A DNA stretch of 64,000 nt from Laetmonice hystrix (Eukaryota): assembly GCA_965235115.1 (NCBI GenBank), contig OZ249436.1, forward strand, positions 27,840,001-27,904,000. Direction: 5' to 3'. Positions within the stretch are counted from its first letter, which is position 1. Every line of letters begins with the position of its first letter. Below the pieces are notes generated by a model. It saw only the letters and a list, made by a program, of their open reading frames with translations. It did no database searches and was not told the origin of the DNA. The translations under genes and the position numbers were made by a program. Positions 1-12,909 of the stretch are shown one piece after another.

Positions 1-260
1 ATATCCACGACGGCGGACAAATATTCAGGAGTCGGGACTGGTTTAGGATTAACATTATATTACGTGCCTGTGACTCTGAGATCTTAACTATACTGACACT
101 GGCACACCACTCATACATTGAAACTATAAGGTACAAGTAAAGGTATGGATGAGCAGTAATAATCAGAAAAGTGTGTGAACATGTTTCACAATTTTCCTGT
201 TACAGCCACTGCCGCCGATCGGATCGTATTGGGTGTGCTGCTGCCGAAACCGCCCGCGCG

Positions 261-291
<31 letters not shown>
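261..291. repeat. (CT)n microsatellite
   Basis: Direct reading. Confidence 0.9.
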
Positions 292-522
292 CGCTTGTGA
301 TGATGGCACAACGTTCCCACATGCCATGATAACATTAAACCAATAATTAACCCGAGGGCTCGTTTGGAAATCGCTTCTCGACAAGACATTCCTATTACAA
401 ATACGATGGATTAAGTTTACACTGTATCATCTCCATGTGGTGGCAAGAACCCACGGGTGACGGGTTTTGTGTATTATCATAAACCAGTCGCAGGGACAAT
501 ATGAGAATCTGTTGAGTAACCC

Positions 523-1170
523 TGTCACGGCACGTGCAGACCATTCGCTCCCAGAGGCGTGGTTCGGGGTGATTCGGCAGAAGTGGTTGGGTTAGGGGAC
601 AGATTGATGTAGGGGGACTATAGAACGATACGCGATGGACTCATGGCACTGTCGGTTGAGGGATCGGGTCGTGATGTATAAATTGCCTCACACTGGTCTT
701 CAATTAATTCTATCTATTGGAACTATGAACATGACCTGCTATATCTTGTTCTCATTGTTGTATTCGGTTAGCTTGGTTAACCAATGACGCCGAGTGCAAG
801 TTCACAAGGCCACGCGTTATTTGCTGAAGGCAATCAAATACAGCTTCAGGCGGTGGCTTGTGCTAGTGCAATAAACTCGAGAAGAGCATGCAGTCGCTCC
901 AGTCGCAAATATAACCGTAAAACGATGATCGCTATTGGCTGGAGGATGGCAATGATAAAATCCATAACCCGATCAATAACCAAATGGTCAAAACCACTAA
1001 TTAGCGAAAGGAATGGAAAGAATCAATGTAACACTCAAGCAACACGTTAGTCGTTCCTGTTATCCATCGAGGATTGTTGTAGCCAAACCTAGTGGATGGA
1101 CTTTAGATACCGAATCAGTTGGTCAGCCTGCGTGTTTCAATCCGTAACCTAGTTTCATTGATCCGTTACA
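523..1170 (+). mobile_element. Candidate solo LTR
   Basis: TGTCACGG ... CCGTTACA inverted termini, internal TATAAA (~677) and AATAAA (~870). The flanks AACCC/ATCAC match only 3/5. Confidence 0.35.
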
Positions 1171-2030
1171 ATCACGGGAAATTTTCAAGGCACTTCAGGT
1201 CGGAGAGAGAGACTCTCTTGTGCGCCTGATTACACAAAGGTCAGAGCCCTGAGGTGGCAGCCATCTTGGCTTCCCGGGGTAAGAGCATACCATGGTTCCC
1301 GTTCAATCAGAGTAGTGCACTTCGCTAAGAAGCCAAGTCAACCGGGAAAATGCCCATTTACCGTACAGGTTCTTCCTACGGTAAGGTTATGCCGACTAAA
1401 CATACCGCATACCAGGGCCCTAGCGCAGCCTAAAATTGCCAGTGGGCAGAACGAAGCGGAAGAGTACTTGTCTTGAAGGAAACATTGCAGTATCAACTGA
1501 AAAGGGCACATGCAAAGACTGTATCCCATACCGTTCTGTTATACGCATTCGGCGGAATGATATTGCACTGATCTGGACGGTCCTTTGTTTCCTAGAGGGG
1601 TGGCCTAATAAAGGGACATAATCTGTGAGACATACAGAAGGGCAGACACATTAATCTCCCTTCTATCTCATTCGTTAAGGAAAAGTTGGCCAATTTACTA
1701 TTCCTGTGTCTGGAAGCCAATGGCCGATACTTCACCCAAGCGTGCTGGAAACTGGCGTGTGGTGACGTCACGGGATGCGAAGGTTGATGCATGCTCCTCC
1801 AATCAGTGATGCATGTTCTTTTCCTGAAAAGTAATGAGAAATGTTTCCAAGACATTTAATCCGATCGGCTTTGCTGCCTGTCCAGTGCACAGGGGTTGGG
1901 TTATAAATCCTCGAGGTGGGGGGAGGGGTGCGGGCACTCGATGACCTGGCGATTTGCAAGATACACATTCCCAGTTTGTGAAACATCCTACCGAATACAG
2001 GCTCGAATACCTACTCGCCCTGTGGATGGC

Positions 2031-2263
2031 CAAGATATCGATGAATGTCCTCATAGTTACGAAGGACTGTCTTATCGAATTCACACACAAGATATCGATG
2101 AATGTCCTCATAGTTACGAAGGACTGTCTGATCGCATTCACACACAAGATATCGATGAATGTCCTCATAGTTACGAAGGACTGTCTGATCGAATTCACAC
2201 ACAACAAGATATCGATGAATGTCCTCATAGTTACGAAGGACTGTGATCGAATTCACACACAAC
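2031..2263. repeat. Minisatellite, 57-bp unit, ~4 copies
   Basis: Unit CAAGATATCGATGAATGTCCTCATAGTTACGAAGGACTGTCTGATCGAATTCACACA starts at 2031, 2088, 2145 and 2205. Confidence 0.95.
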
Positions 2264-3991
2264 AATCCTGGAGAGAATGACGATCGAATATCTCTTTAAC
2301 TCGAGCTTTAGGAGGGGGAAGTTTGATAGGGAGCCTCATAGTCAAAAAACAAGCCTGGGTACATGTACTATACGTGGGGTTTTTATTTCCTAGATCCGTT
2401 ATCCGTTAACCAGCTCACTTTTAAAGCATGCAGAGATGGAAGACATGAAAAGAAATGTCATAGTATTGTATCGGATAAATAGGTGTCGGTCCTACATTTG
2501 ACATATCACATTGTGACTTGAGTATAACCGGCTGTCATTGGTCACTTCAGTCGGGTGGACATCACTGACAACCCGCCACACCCAGCGACAGACTATAGAT
2601 CTGCCCAGAAGTTCGCGTGTACTGGCAATAATTGGTTTATCTCGCTATCCGTGCCTTATAACTGATAACAACTCCAGCTGAACGAATACAACCACTGCCT
2701 TTAATGAAACCGACATGTTAGTTCTTATCTGGGGGATCCATGAAACAGGAGCATTCCACTGACGCGTATCAACGCGGGTGTACCTCAGGGTGCAACATAT
2801 CACAAGTGTTTTTTTTTTCTATATTTGAAGACGTTTCGACTCCCGTAGAGGTGCTCTGGGTACCTACATCCGGATGGAGACTTGAGGGCGCCGACAACCT
2901 GCCACATGAAAATAACTAACAGTCGTAGCGGCGTGTCTGCTGCCGATCCATTTATTGTGGACTTGCAGCCGCGGAAGGCGAGATGCTGCCGGGTCCCGGC
3001 GGCAAGTTACTGCACCGCCGCGGCCAAGTCAGTCAGAGAGGCCAGCCAAGCAGCGGGCAGTCAGTCAGTTAGTCAGTCAGTCAGCCAGCCAGCCAACCAC
3101 ATAACCAGCCAGCCCAGAGGGCCAGCCAACAAAAGGAGGCTTGAGGTTCGTTCTGGGGGTCTAGACGGTGGTAGTCACTAGTCAGCCCCAGTAGAGTTAT
3201 ACCCACAGCCACCCGCGAGTGACGAACCCTGTAGTGGTTGGTGATTTGGTAGATTAGCTTTCATGTGCCTCAAATCCATCGTTATCCGCCTGCTTCAACG
3301 TGCGACAGCGTCTGAGTGAAAGGTGCAGCGTGAAGACACGCCCCTAGTGACTTGGGGTTGTGGGCAATTTGAATCAGGATTAAGTGTAATATCTTCGATG
3401 AAGTGTAGATGACTCGTGAAGTGTGCCATTCAAGTCTCGGCTGCCCTACTGTTCTCTTCCAAGCTGAACAAAAGAGTAAGTTGTTTTAACTATACGACAT
3501 TATCACGGGCTTACAACGCCACTGTTGTCACAGGTTTACCGGACCTTACATTCCCGCACAGTTTACCTGCTTTCAAAACGGTGCAAATCATTATAAACCA
3601 CCTGTAGGCTATATGCTGGAGTTGGAAAATATAGTGCATGCAGTAGAATTATGTGTTAGTTCCACAACGCTTCCACTCTCTCACGCAATTTGTCGATGTG
3701 GACACAAATTAGGTGGCTGAAGGCTGCCTTTAATATCGGGGAAAAAGTAGATGGCAATAGGAGAAAGAGTTCAGTTCTTGTCTAATATAGATATAGATTA
3801 TTTATTATGTTTTAGGTATAAGGTAATATTGCATGTCCTACTTGGCGGCAGAAGTGAAATCACACCTGTGTAAGCCCATAATGTGATTTTATTATATGAC
3901 CAATATGCAGTCTCTGTCGCTATTGGTCCATCGGCAGGTATGTGTGATTCCGTAATTCTCGATATATGTCTCTGTTGTGGCGTTAAAATAG

Positions 3992-4712
3992 TTTATTTTA
4001 TGGATAGCGCACTTTCCCTGTCCTGATTGGTCAGTTCCCAGTCATGTGATCACGGATAAAAACTATTGCACGGAACAAGTAATATTACCACTCAATATTA
4101 CTTTTTCACTTTCCTCGAGGGGGGATTCCTTGTGACGTCGGGCCACGATCTTTGCACGGACTACTGGAGAAGGCCAAACTGTTAGACCGACTGGCAAGTG
4201 AAAAATACATACATTTTCAATTTGCAGTCAAAACTACGTTTTATCGTTGTCTTATCGTTGAAACCTCATATAAATTCCTGTCAATCAATTTTCCGGTTCT
4301 GCCGTTGATTTCAGAATCGTGTATCCTCTATAGTCTAGCTCTAGGCATAGCTAGATGAAGCAGTCGTGACCACGATGGATCCCTGTATCTAATGTTCCGA
4401 CATGAGAAGTTTCAGGTGACTTAAGATTGGTCATGGTTATTATCATGGTGGGTAGACTCACTGAGGCTCAGCGTAGGGCCTACCGGTAGGCCTAGTCAGA
4501 TGATGAGTCTAATGGAGTAAAGTTAAACTGACTGTGCAGTCGTCGATGGCTCCTGGCATAGACAGGAAAAGTGCGGCAGTCATAAAATAAAACAAAGATG
4601 GCACTTAGTTGAGTGCAACATGAAAATTTATGGCACGACGCGAAGCGGAGTGCAACATCAGTTGCCATCGTGCCATAAATTTTAATATTGCACTCAACCA
4701 AGTGTCATATTT
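3992..4712. mobile_element. Non-autonomous element with a 31-bp inverted repeat plus a long terminal hairpin (Crypton-like layout, inferred)
   Basis: IR at 3992-4022 / 4561-4591, then a hairpin at 4598-4638 / 4668-4708 (37/41 match) whose loop contains CGCGAAGCG. No TSD seen. Confidence 0.55.
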
Positions 4713-4728
4713 GTATAATAATTATTAA

Positions 4729-5233
4729 AGGGGCATATTATGAGGAAATGTGAAAAATCTGTATTTTAAAAACTTTTGCTGTTTTCATAAAGAGATCCTT
4801 CATTAAAATTGCTTGGCAAACAAAGACAGACTTATCAGTTTTATTTTGCGTGAGAAATCGAAGTTTATGAAGCTCCCTTGCCCGGTTCTCTGACGATTTC
4901 GTAAAATGCCAGACGATCGAGTGCAACTGATGAATTGTTTACAACTAAACGAAGCACGTGAACAAGCACATGCAGAGAGTGCACAGGCAGGAAGTGACGC
5001 TGTATGCAAATACACGGGTTGATGGTAGGTTGTCTACCGAATTATGGCGGGAGATGTGCTATCGGGAGAAATCTATAGGTTTGGTCGTATTCAACCTACC
5101 TGTGTTGCATACGCAGCGAAAACACGTCGGAGGACAAAATGCTGTGGTAGGATTATTTACTTGGATCCCTAGTACACGGTCATGTTAGATAATTGCCGGA
5201 AATCTTCAAAAACGTGTTCCATAGCATGCCCTT
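4729..5233. mobile_element. TTAA-flanked MITE (Kolobok-like), degenerate
   Basis: TTAA|AGGGGCATATTATG ... CATAGCATGCCCTT|TTAA; TIR match 11/14. Confidence 0.55.
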
Positions 5234-6193
5234 TTAAAATTTAACTTTTGTACTATGTTTAACAACTCCAGTACACAATTGCTAGTACACGAATACGCCT
5301 ACTGCATGTGCTAGAGGCCTACATTCTTTCTACCTCATCAGGTAGTTCTATAGCTGGTTCTTCAAACAGAATTTTCAGTGTCAGTAGTTATGGTACTTAT
5401 ACGGACATATTAAAAGTACACAGCACGTAACCCTTGAAAATAAATCACTTACCTCGCACCGATAGGAACCTATTGGCATATATGTAGACACATCCTTGCA
5501 GCAGAACTGTAGTATGATGATCTTTGTTAACTATAGGATTCGGACCGAAGCTATAACATGATAATAGCAGGAGTTTGAATTTGCCTCCGCTCTCCGAAAG
5601 GGACGCTGCAAATGACGTCGAACAACATCCCATATTCCCAAGCTACAGGGAATCCCAGGCTAACTTCCCGTATCTCTCCACCATATTTGAACCTACGCTT
5701 GCTTTGCAAATATACCTCCGAGGAAAAGGGCTTTTAGGCGACGAAAATCGATGTATCCAACAGAATCAGCTAAAAGGCTGAAAAGGATAGCGGAAGTAGA
5801 TCATCTGCGCGCGCATAAGGGAATTCCCCTGTTGACCGGTTATCCAAAATGGGGAAGCAGTTCGAAGATAAAGCGTTAGATCGTAATGGAGTCAGCTGAG
5901 CGTTCTCACATGACATGTGGTTGGTCTCACTTCAATTTATTTGAGTTTTGTATGTAAAAAGCTGATTTTACAGGTTTTAAAAACTGTGGAGCTTTAATTT
6001 CAGTGAAAATTCGACGATGGCGTCTGGTAAGCCGAGTGAAATATCACCATCGATTACATATACGTCGCTGTTCGCTGAGCATGTCCCTAGTCAGGACCTA
6101 TTTTAAACTAATGTACTTTGTAACGTACTGCCGGGGGGTACTTGTAAAGGCCCCCAACTGGAGCGTTTGTCACAGCCGGCGGAGTGGGAATGT

Positions 6194-6687
6194 TGTGATG
6201 GGGAGTGGTGGGCGGAGCAGGAGCGGGGGAAATGCTGACACACGCTGTACCCGGTTTATTGCAGTTTATTGCACGTCTCTGCCATCAGAAAGTAGTAGTG
6301 TGTAAGCACGGGCCTGCACGTCAGGCAACATGACACAACAACCAGAGTGACAAATCAGTGGCGTAGAAACGCAATCCACGATTATCAATGAAACATTCAT
6401 GTATCAAATATCCAATTCACTGACAAGCATATTACAGTCACAGGTAGTATGGAAATCGTTTTCTCATTTCGGCTTTTCATTTCAATAAGTTCCTTTCTGA
6501 AATTGTCAAAATGAAGTGTACAGGGTATTACGGGTATACGGGCACCTCTGAGGTTTTTGTCTGCATGTGGCCCATTATCTGCCATAATCTTCTGTCGTAA
6601 ACTCGGTTGCCTATAGTTTGATATTGACGGTACTTCACCATGTGTACCCGCACTCAACATCCCAGGCCCCGCTTAGTCCCCATCATA
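6194..6687 (-). mobile_element. Candidate solo LTR
   Basis: TGTGATGGGGA ... TCCCCATCATA inverted termini, TTTATT (minus-strand polyA signal) near the left end, and GAAT near both flanks. Confidence 0.3.
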
Positions 6688-9127
6688 GAATCCTTCATCC
6701 ATCATTTAATGATGTGAGTGCTTGAGGCACACGAAACGTTAACCTCGTTATGGGCCAGGGATCCATTATATCACCTAAGTTATAATCAGGGCCGCTTGCT
6801 GCTTTCAGAGCACGATCTACTAAAAGACGAGAGGTTACGTCTTTCTTTTTTCAATGTCAGGGTCATGTGAAATAGCAGGCAAGCAATATTATTGCACGAT
6901 CGAGTAAGGAAGAAAATCGCAGCCGCTCTATCTAGGGAAAAGTGAGTAATTTGGACCAGTGGCCTAGTGGCAAAGCAAGACACCACTGAGCGACAATTGC
7001 GCCATCTCCCATATCAAATATGCAATGCAAACAGTTCCTGCTAGAAAAATGGCGAGGGCGAACAAAGGGCGAGAGACGTCAGGTAATTTTCACCAGGTAG
7101 TTTTCCCTGCAATCTAATAGGGCTCTCCAGATCGAGTGTGCTAAAATTGGCTCTCTGCAAAAGGAAAGTTATTAGGTCGATTAGAATGACAAATTACGTT
7201 TGCGCTGCTTTGATTGAAACTCCGTTTTGAGCGATTTTTTGTGACCAGGGTTATTATCCTGCTTGTAACCACTGGTGTCTGCCATAGAGAGGTTCTGTGT
7301 ATCATCGACTTTCTTATGTGGTCCGTCATCAGCCTATACGCATCAACAGACAATGAAGATTCATTTGACACCGCCCGCAACCCTTAACGTAGATTCTGCT
7401 GATGGTAGGTGATGGCAGTAACTGCATGCCGCGCCTTAATTGGACCCTAGGGGGTTTTGGAGATCTTCGACTACCTTCATATCGGGGTGTTGTAATATAT
7501 AACAACCATAACTAATATAGACGCACCAACTAATAATAAAAGAGTCGGGGTTTTGGCTGTTTCTTCTTGCATACAGAAGGAAATTATGGCCCATTATCCT
7601 TCAAAACCTGCCCGACCATTGCAAGTCGAGGTGGCACCCTGAGTCACAGACTCTGTGCGGCCAAGGACGTCTTTCCATTCGGGGGGCTGAAAGGTCATTG
7701 TCAGTACCACATGTGACCTTTTCAGACTCTGAACAATGCCGCTGCCGCGTGCCCAATCCTTCCTAGTGTGAAATCTAAAGTATCATTCATGGCCCTCTGT
7801 AACCTGTAGAATTTTCTTTCATATAATACATACGTCGTCATTCCGATATTCAATGCCCACCTGCCATCCTATATTACAATGGAACGCTATGATGAGGAAC
7901 TATTCAGGCTGGTCCGTCCGTATGGCGCGAGTCGTCCAACCGAGAGTGAGTCCCTTGTATAGACATCAGGGCCACGACCAGGCTATGAAAATGAAAGGGT
8001 GTCTGGCAATAGCCTATCTCGATATCGTTGACATATCTCGCGAGTGAAAGTGACGACACTTTCAAGAATATACCGTTACGTATTTCCTCGAGGATGGATC
8101 AATTCTGCCCATAACCCCCGGGTCAAGGATGTTATGATATTGGTGTCGGTTACAGACGACTAAAGACATGTCTTCGCCGGGGATGTCTGGATGCATCGCA
8201 GGAAGAAGAAGGCCGTTCCACCTGGGTCGTGTTTCCGGCCTGAAAATATATTAAAGTGTGTAGGAATTAGATTTTTGATGCGCTAACATTATGACTCCCT
8301 CGTTACGCATCTTGAGTTGTCAAGGGGCATCTTGAGTTGTCAAGGGGCATCGCGCATCCTGCATTCTACCCCTTGAGCCCAGCCCAGGCTAAACTGCCAG
8401 AAGTTGACCTTGAGGTCAATCTTATGAATATTAATAGGACCTGGCATCGTCGTCATATGCCTGATAGCCTTGCCCGGTTCACTGATAAACAAATGTGGCC
8501 CTCCCTAACAATACAGTTTGTGGGTTTAAAACGCGAAATTCCAAAGTTTAGCTCCCCTGATTTCAGCGTCCTCGCTTCGCGCTGGCAACCAAACATTACA
8601 CTGGCCTGCTTGGCGCTGGCTGTCGGTCTCGGCCTCTGCCGTCTCCGTTATAGGTCGGGATAGGGTTATAGTTGTAGTGTGTGATCTTGCAGCCCTGTCA
8701 ACTCAAAGTTCTTCCTCCCACTGTCACTAGTGTCAGGATTAAATGCCTACCCGTTGCTGCTATCGTTGGCTTCGCCATATTGCTTCGACAACAATAGCTT
8801 TACTGGAGACGTTCCTATTGGCTAACCAGAAATGCACGCTATTTTTATGAATTGCATTTTAGGCAGTGCTGTAATCAGATAATCAGATTGGTGGGGGGGA
8901 GGGGGTAACTGGAAGCGGTTCAACACCGAGCGTGGGAGGATGTCGTTACGTGAAGTGTGTCGAATTCAAGTTGACTCTCAACGGCATTACCCTGTTAATG
9001 CAAATTCATTGTTTGTTTTGTCAGCTTTAACAATTGTGTACCCTAATGTCGTGAGTTTACAGAACGTTTTGGGAGGATGGATATAAATGGGGCATATAAT
9101 TTTTCTCCAAAGGATCGTCTGCATTAA

Positions 9128-9228
9128 CTTCTTCTTCTTCTTCTTCTCCTCCTTCTCCTTCGCCTTCGCCTTCCCCTTCCTTCTTCGTATTCTTACTCCT
9201 TCGACTTCGTCTTCTTACTTCTTCTTCT
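9128..9228. repeat. Degenerate (TTC)n / (CCTTCN)n simple repeat
   Basis: Direct reading. Confidence 0.85.
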
Positions 9229-11241
9229 GCCAACAACCAACAATAACGGAATAACACGCGTAGACACCAATGGCAAGTCCACAACCTCACTTGTCAACGA
9301 CAGCCAACAGCCTTTTGCACGGGGGAATCCTATCATCATTATCAATTGGAACGACCGAGCCATTTCCGGTTTACTTTGCTCTTGGGGAACTGGAGTCGGA
9401 CAGTGAAAGTGTAGAAATTCTTCGGACATTTAACGGGAATCCGCAGGAAGTGTGTTGTGGCCTCTGATCCGGCCGATTGAAAATTTAGTGAAGTCGATTG
9501 ATCAACAGTTTTAGGTGTTGTGTGCATATAAACAACATTACACCAACTGTACAAGTTGATAGGGAGCACAAAAGTAACAGGTTCACATAATTTGATACAA
9601 CAATACGATTTCGACAGTCCGACTTTTACCATTTGGCGGCGTCCACACGATGACAAAGCTAAACATTCTAATGTCGGCATTCTTAGCATAAATTTGTATG
9701 ATATATTGAATCGTTAACTATAGAACGTGGCACTAATTATTTCAGTTTGATGATGTATCAGTATAAGATGAATGTATCTTTATCTGTGATATCTTGGCCA
9801 TCAGCCAGATGGCCATAGCTATAGAAGTATTTTTTCAATACCTTCTGTACATTTTCGTGTTTACCCTTCCTATTAAAGATTTACGATTACAAACGAACTG
9901 TCTAAGTACATTTGATGGAAACGGACCATTAGGAAACTTGTCTATATTAGAAAATATAGCCAGACATAGTAGTGATACCAGGAGGAAATCGACAAGGATT
10001 AGAGGCCGCCACCGCTGAAATTAACCCTGGTTTGTGGCTGAGCCAAGGGTGAACTGTCGCATTTGTGGTGGTCTTACTCTGACAACTCTCATTTAGTCCA
10101 CAGAACGAAAATTGGCCCCTGAAGCTTCCCTCAACCACATTGATTACACAAACCCACCGCACTCACTCTTGAAAGCCTGTTCTGTTGGGCACAACCGAAG
10201 AAAGGTGCCGCATGTACCAAAATAATCGGGTCGAAGCTTTAAGAAAGCAACGGATCAGGAATATAATGCATACAAATATCTTGGTAAGAGAGAGAAAAAC
10301 AGTCTTTATTACGGGTTATGCCATGTGTCTGTGTAGCATAACAACCAAAACTTTATCTTCATTAGGCAAATTAATCCAAGCAATGGAAAAACAGATACTA
10401 CATAGAAGATTGTAGATAAGAGGTGATTCGTCTATTTTATCGTCGGCCCATAAACCATGATAAGAAACATACTTGGTCAATTAGGAGCTTGCAAGATTGC
10501 GGCCGATAAAGTGCCGACAATTCTGAGGATTTTACTGATAAAAGTATCCTTCCCAGAATGATTATGTACAAAGACATAGACAACAGTCATTGGATGAGGT
10601 GTTATTATTGTTAGGTCTATGTATGCTCTAGCGATGTGGCAAGTAGAAAAGGGGGGTGGAAAAGTTGGGATGTAACGTTACAACTGTCATTCAGGGTGCC
10701 CATGATTATGTGAGGGTGTTGCATATTCACTGTCGCCTCCATTTCTTTGAGTTAAATTGCTTACAGCAGTGATTTAATGACTCAGCTGTCACCATGATTA
10801 TAGCTGTACGGTACAGAATTACAATGAGCTTCGATTTGCCGTATATGAATGGTTGTTTTCAAATTGGCTCAAGAATTGAAAAGAAAATCCCTAGAAAAAG
10901 AACATTTAAATAATAAGGATATACAGATTGTCAGATACAGATACAGATTGTGCCATTAGGTACTGCAGAAGGGGAAATCTATACGGTATACAATACATAT
11001 TTAACGAAGTATAATGAGATCACAGACCTGCTGGCAATGGAAATAAAAGTAAATCCAACGTATTCTAGGAAAGCGATAGACTTTCAGAGGTTTTCGAAAG
11101 GATCCTGAAGGCAGATCCTTAGGGCAGCTGAGAGTATTTACATAGAACAAGTCTTTTCATTATTAAGTCTGCTGATGATAATGATGAAACAGGAAGAACC
11201 CAGCACACCGGGACAATTTCGATAGGTGACAATAGAAACAA

Positions 11242-12149
11242 TGTTACACGTCCGGACCTTGAACCCCCAGTGTGGAACCCTGGTTGGGAAGCGGCGCCGG
11301 CAGCAGGGGTCGAACCCTCAAGGCGCTTATTGTGGTGGTGTATCACAGCCAACGCCTAAACACACGCGGTCACCCCCAATCCGGGGTCGGGGAGAAATGG
11401 GGAAGGGTTGGGGCAATTTATAGGACGTGGCCCTTCTATGACTAGAGACAGAGATTGAACTATGTGCGCCCTTTGATGGTTTCCCTTTCATAGATAGGTC
11501 CTCGCTTTTGCCGTCAAGTTGAAAATAGCCAAAGGAAGATTCACCTTTTCTGCTTCCGGGAGAATATACTGAGCAGGCGTTCAAAGTCAACACAGGAAGG
11601 ACCTGCCCAGACAGACACGGCTGGCCGGGTAGATGGACGCCGCTCAGGGCTCTTCCTGCTCTGGTCCTTTGTGAGTCTAGTTATCAATCATTTTGTTAGG
11701 AGAGTTCACCCCCAAAAGGGTTAATATACGTATAGTAGTAAGGCCCTGCCAAGGGCGTCTAGGCCTACACCTGGAGTAGGTTCTTCAATTCATATAAATC
11801 ATAGTTCAGGCAAGGGGGAGATGGCAGGAAGTGAACGTTTCAGTTTTATGTTACTTTTTACAAGGTCATTATGTTTAATTAGTAGATTAATTAATACTTT
11901 GGGGCAGGCCCAGGTGCCGCAGTTTTAACATACTATTTTGAGGAAAAGAGCTAGAGAAATAGAGCTAGAGGAGACGGAGAACATTGTGTAAGCCTCGGTA
12001 AGGGTTTTAACGCATCCTCTCATAAGGTAGTCTGAGTACATTCGAGAACCTAGAGGACTCTTTGCAGCAAGTTTTCAAATTGAAGTATAAAACAGGAACT
12101 TCAAACATTGGACTAGTTCGTCCGAGCTGAAAGCAGTCATTCCATAACA
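11242..12149 (+). mobile_element. Candidate solo LTR
   Basis: TGTTA...TAACA termini and LTR-like composition (GC-rich part followed by a purine-rich GAGA part). No matching TSD. Confidence 0.25.
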
Positions 12150-12825
12150 GTGTGCGGTCCCTAAACTAGCAGTGCCTGATCATCGTCTTTTGCTAAATTC
12201 AAGAGATACGTCGGCGGCACTATAAGATGGATGTTTGCTGCCGGAAAGATTACGCCATCGCCCGCGGCTGTTCTTGTCCATTTGGTCAGCAGCGGCGGAA
12301 TGGATGATGCATCGGTAATGCCAGTTTAAAAATAACCTCGACCCGTGATGCTGGTATCAAGGGGGGAAACAATCAGGGACGTTTATCTTCTTGTAGTCTG
12401 ATCAGCCTGGGCGTCGCTTAAAGGATCAAGGAAAAGTGCTCAACCATTTAGACTAATTGCAGCTGTTTGACGTACGTCGTTACGTCATTAATGAGATGTG
12501 GCCGTCGTGACGTCGTCTGCTCCGTCACGCGAACCCTCTTCGTACTGCCTTTCGAGTCTGGAAGCAGCCCTCTGTCGATTTGGTTCACTAAGACGCCTTC
12601 ACGTTTTCCTCTTCCGTCTACCGGCGACAGTGGAGACGTCCGGCGCCGCCCTTTGGGCAGTTCTGTAGGGCATACAGTGCCTTGGCGTGAGGCTATTTCA
12701 AAGGTGAGCTTGAATTTGGCAAAAGGCGTTCAAGCAGCGCGTGTGTTGTGAGTAGCATAAGAATACGTCATTCAGATATTCGTTAAATCTATTATGGAGT
12801 TGATTTGTATGGTTTGAGGTGTTCA

Positions 12826-12909
12826 TCTCTGTCTCTCTCTCTCTGGCTCTCTCTGTCTGTCTCTGTCTCTCTCTCTGTCTCTATCTCTCTCTCTCTACCA
12901 TCTCTCTCT
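12826..12909. repeat. Degenerate (CT)n/(CTGT)n simple repeat
   Basis: Direct reading. Confidence 0.85.

Noticed and set aside
1803..2280. ORFs with repeated QDIDECPHSYEG, resembling calcium-binding EGF 'DIDEC'
   Set aside because: Produced by the 57-bp tandem repeat. There is only one Cys per unit, no EGF cysteine pattern and no splice context.
2822..2865. Possible Penelope-type minimal hammerhead ribozyme on the minus strand (…GGGAGTCGAAACGTC)
   Set aside because: The CUGANGA box is absent (reads CAGAGCA) and stem I cannot form. The other CTGATGA sites checked (4928, 11172, 46672, 58396, and minus-strand ones) lack a proper stem II/GAAA. An Infernal search would settle it.
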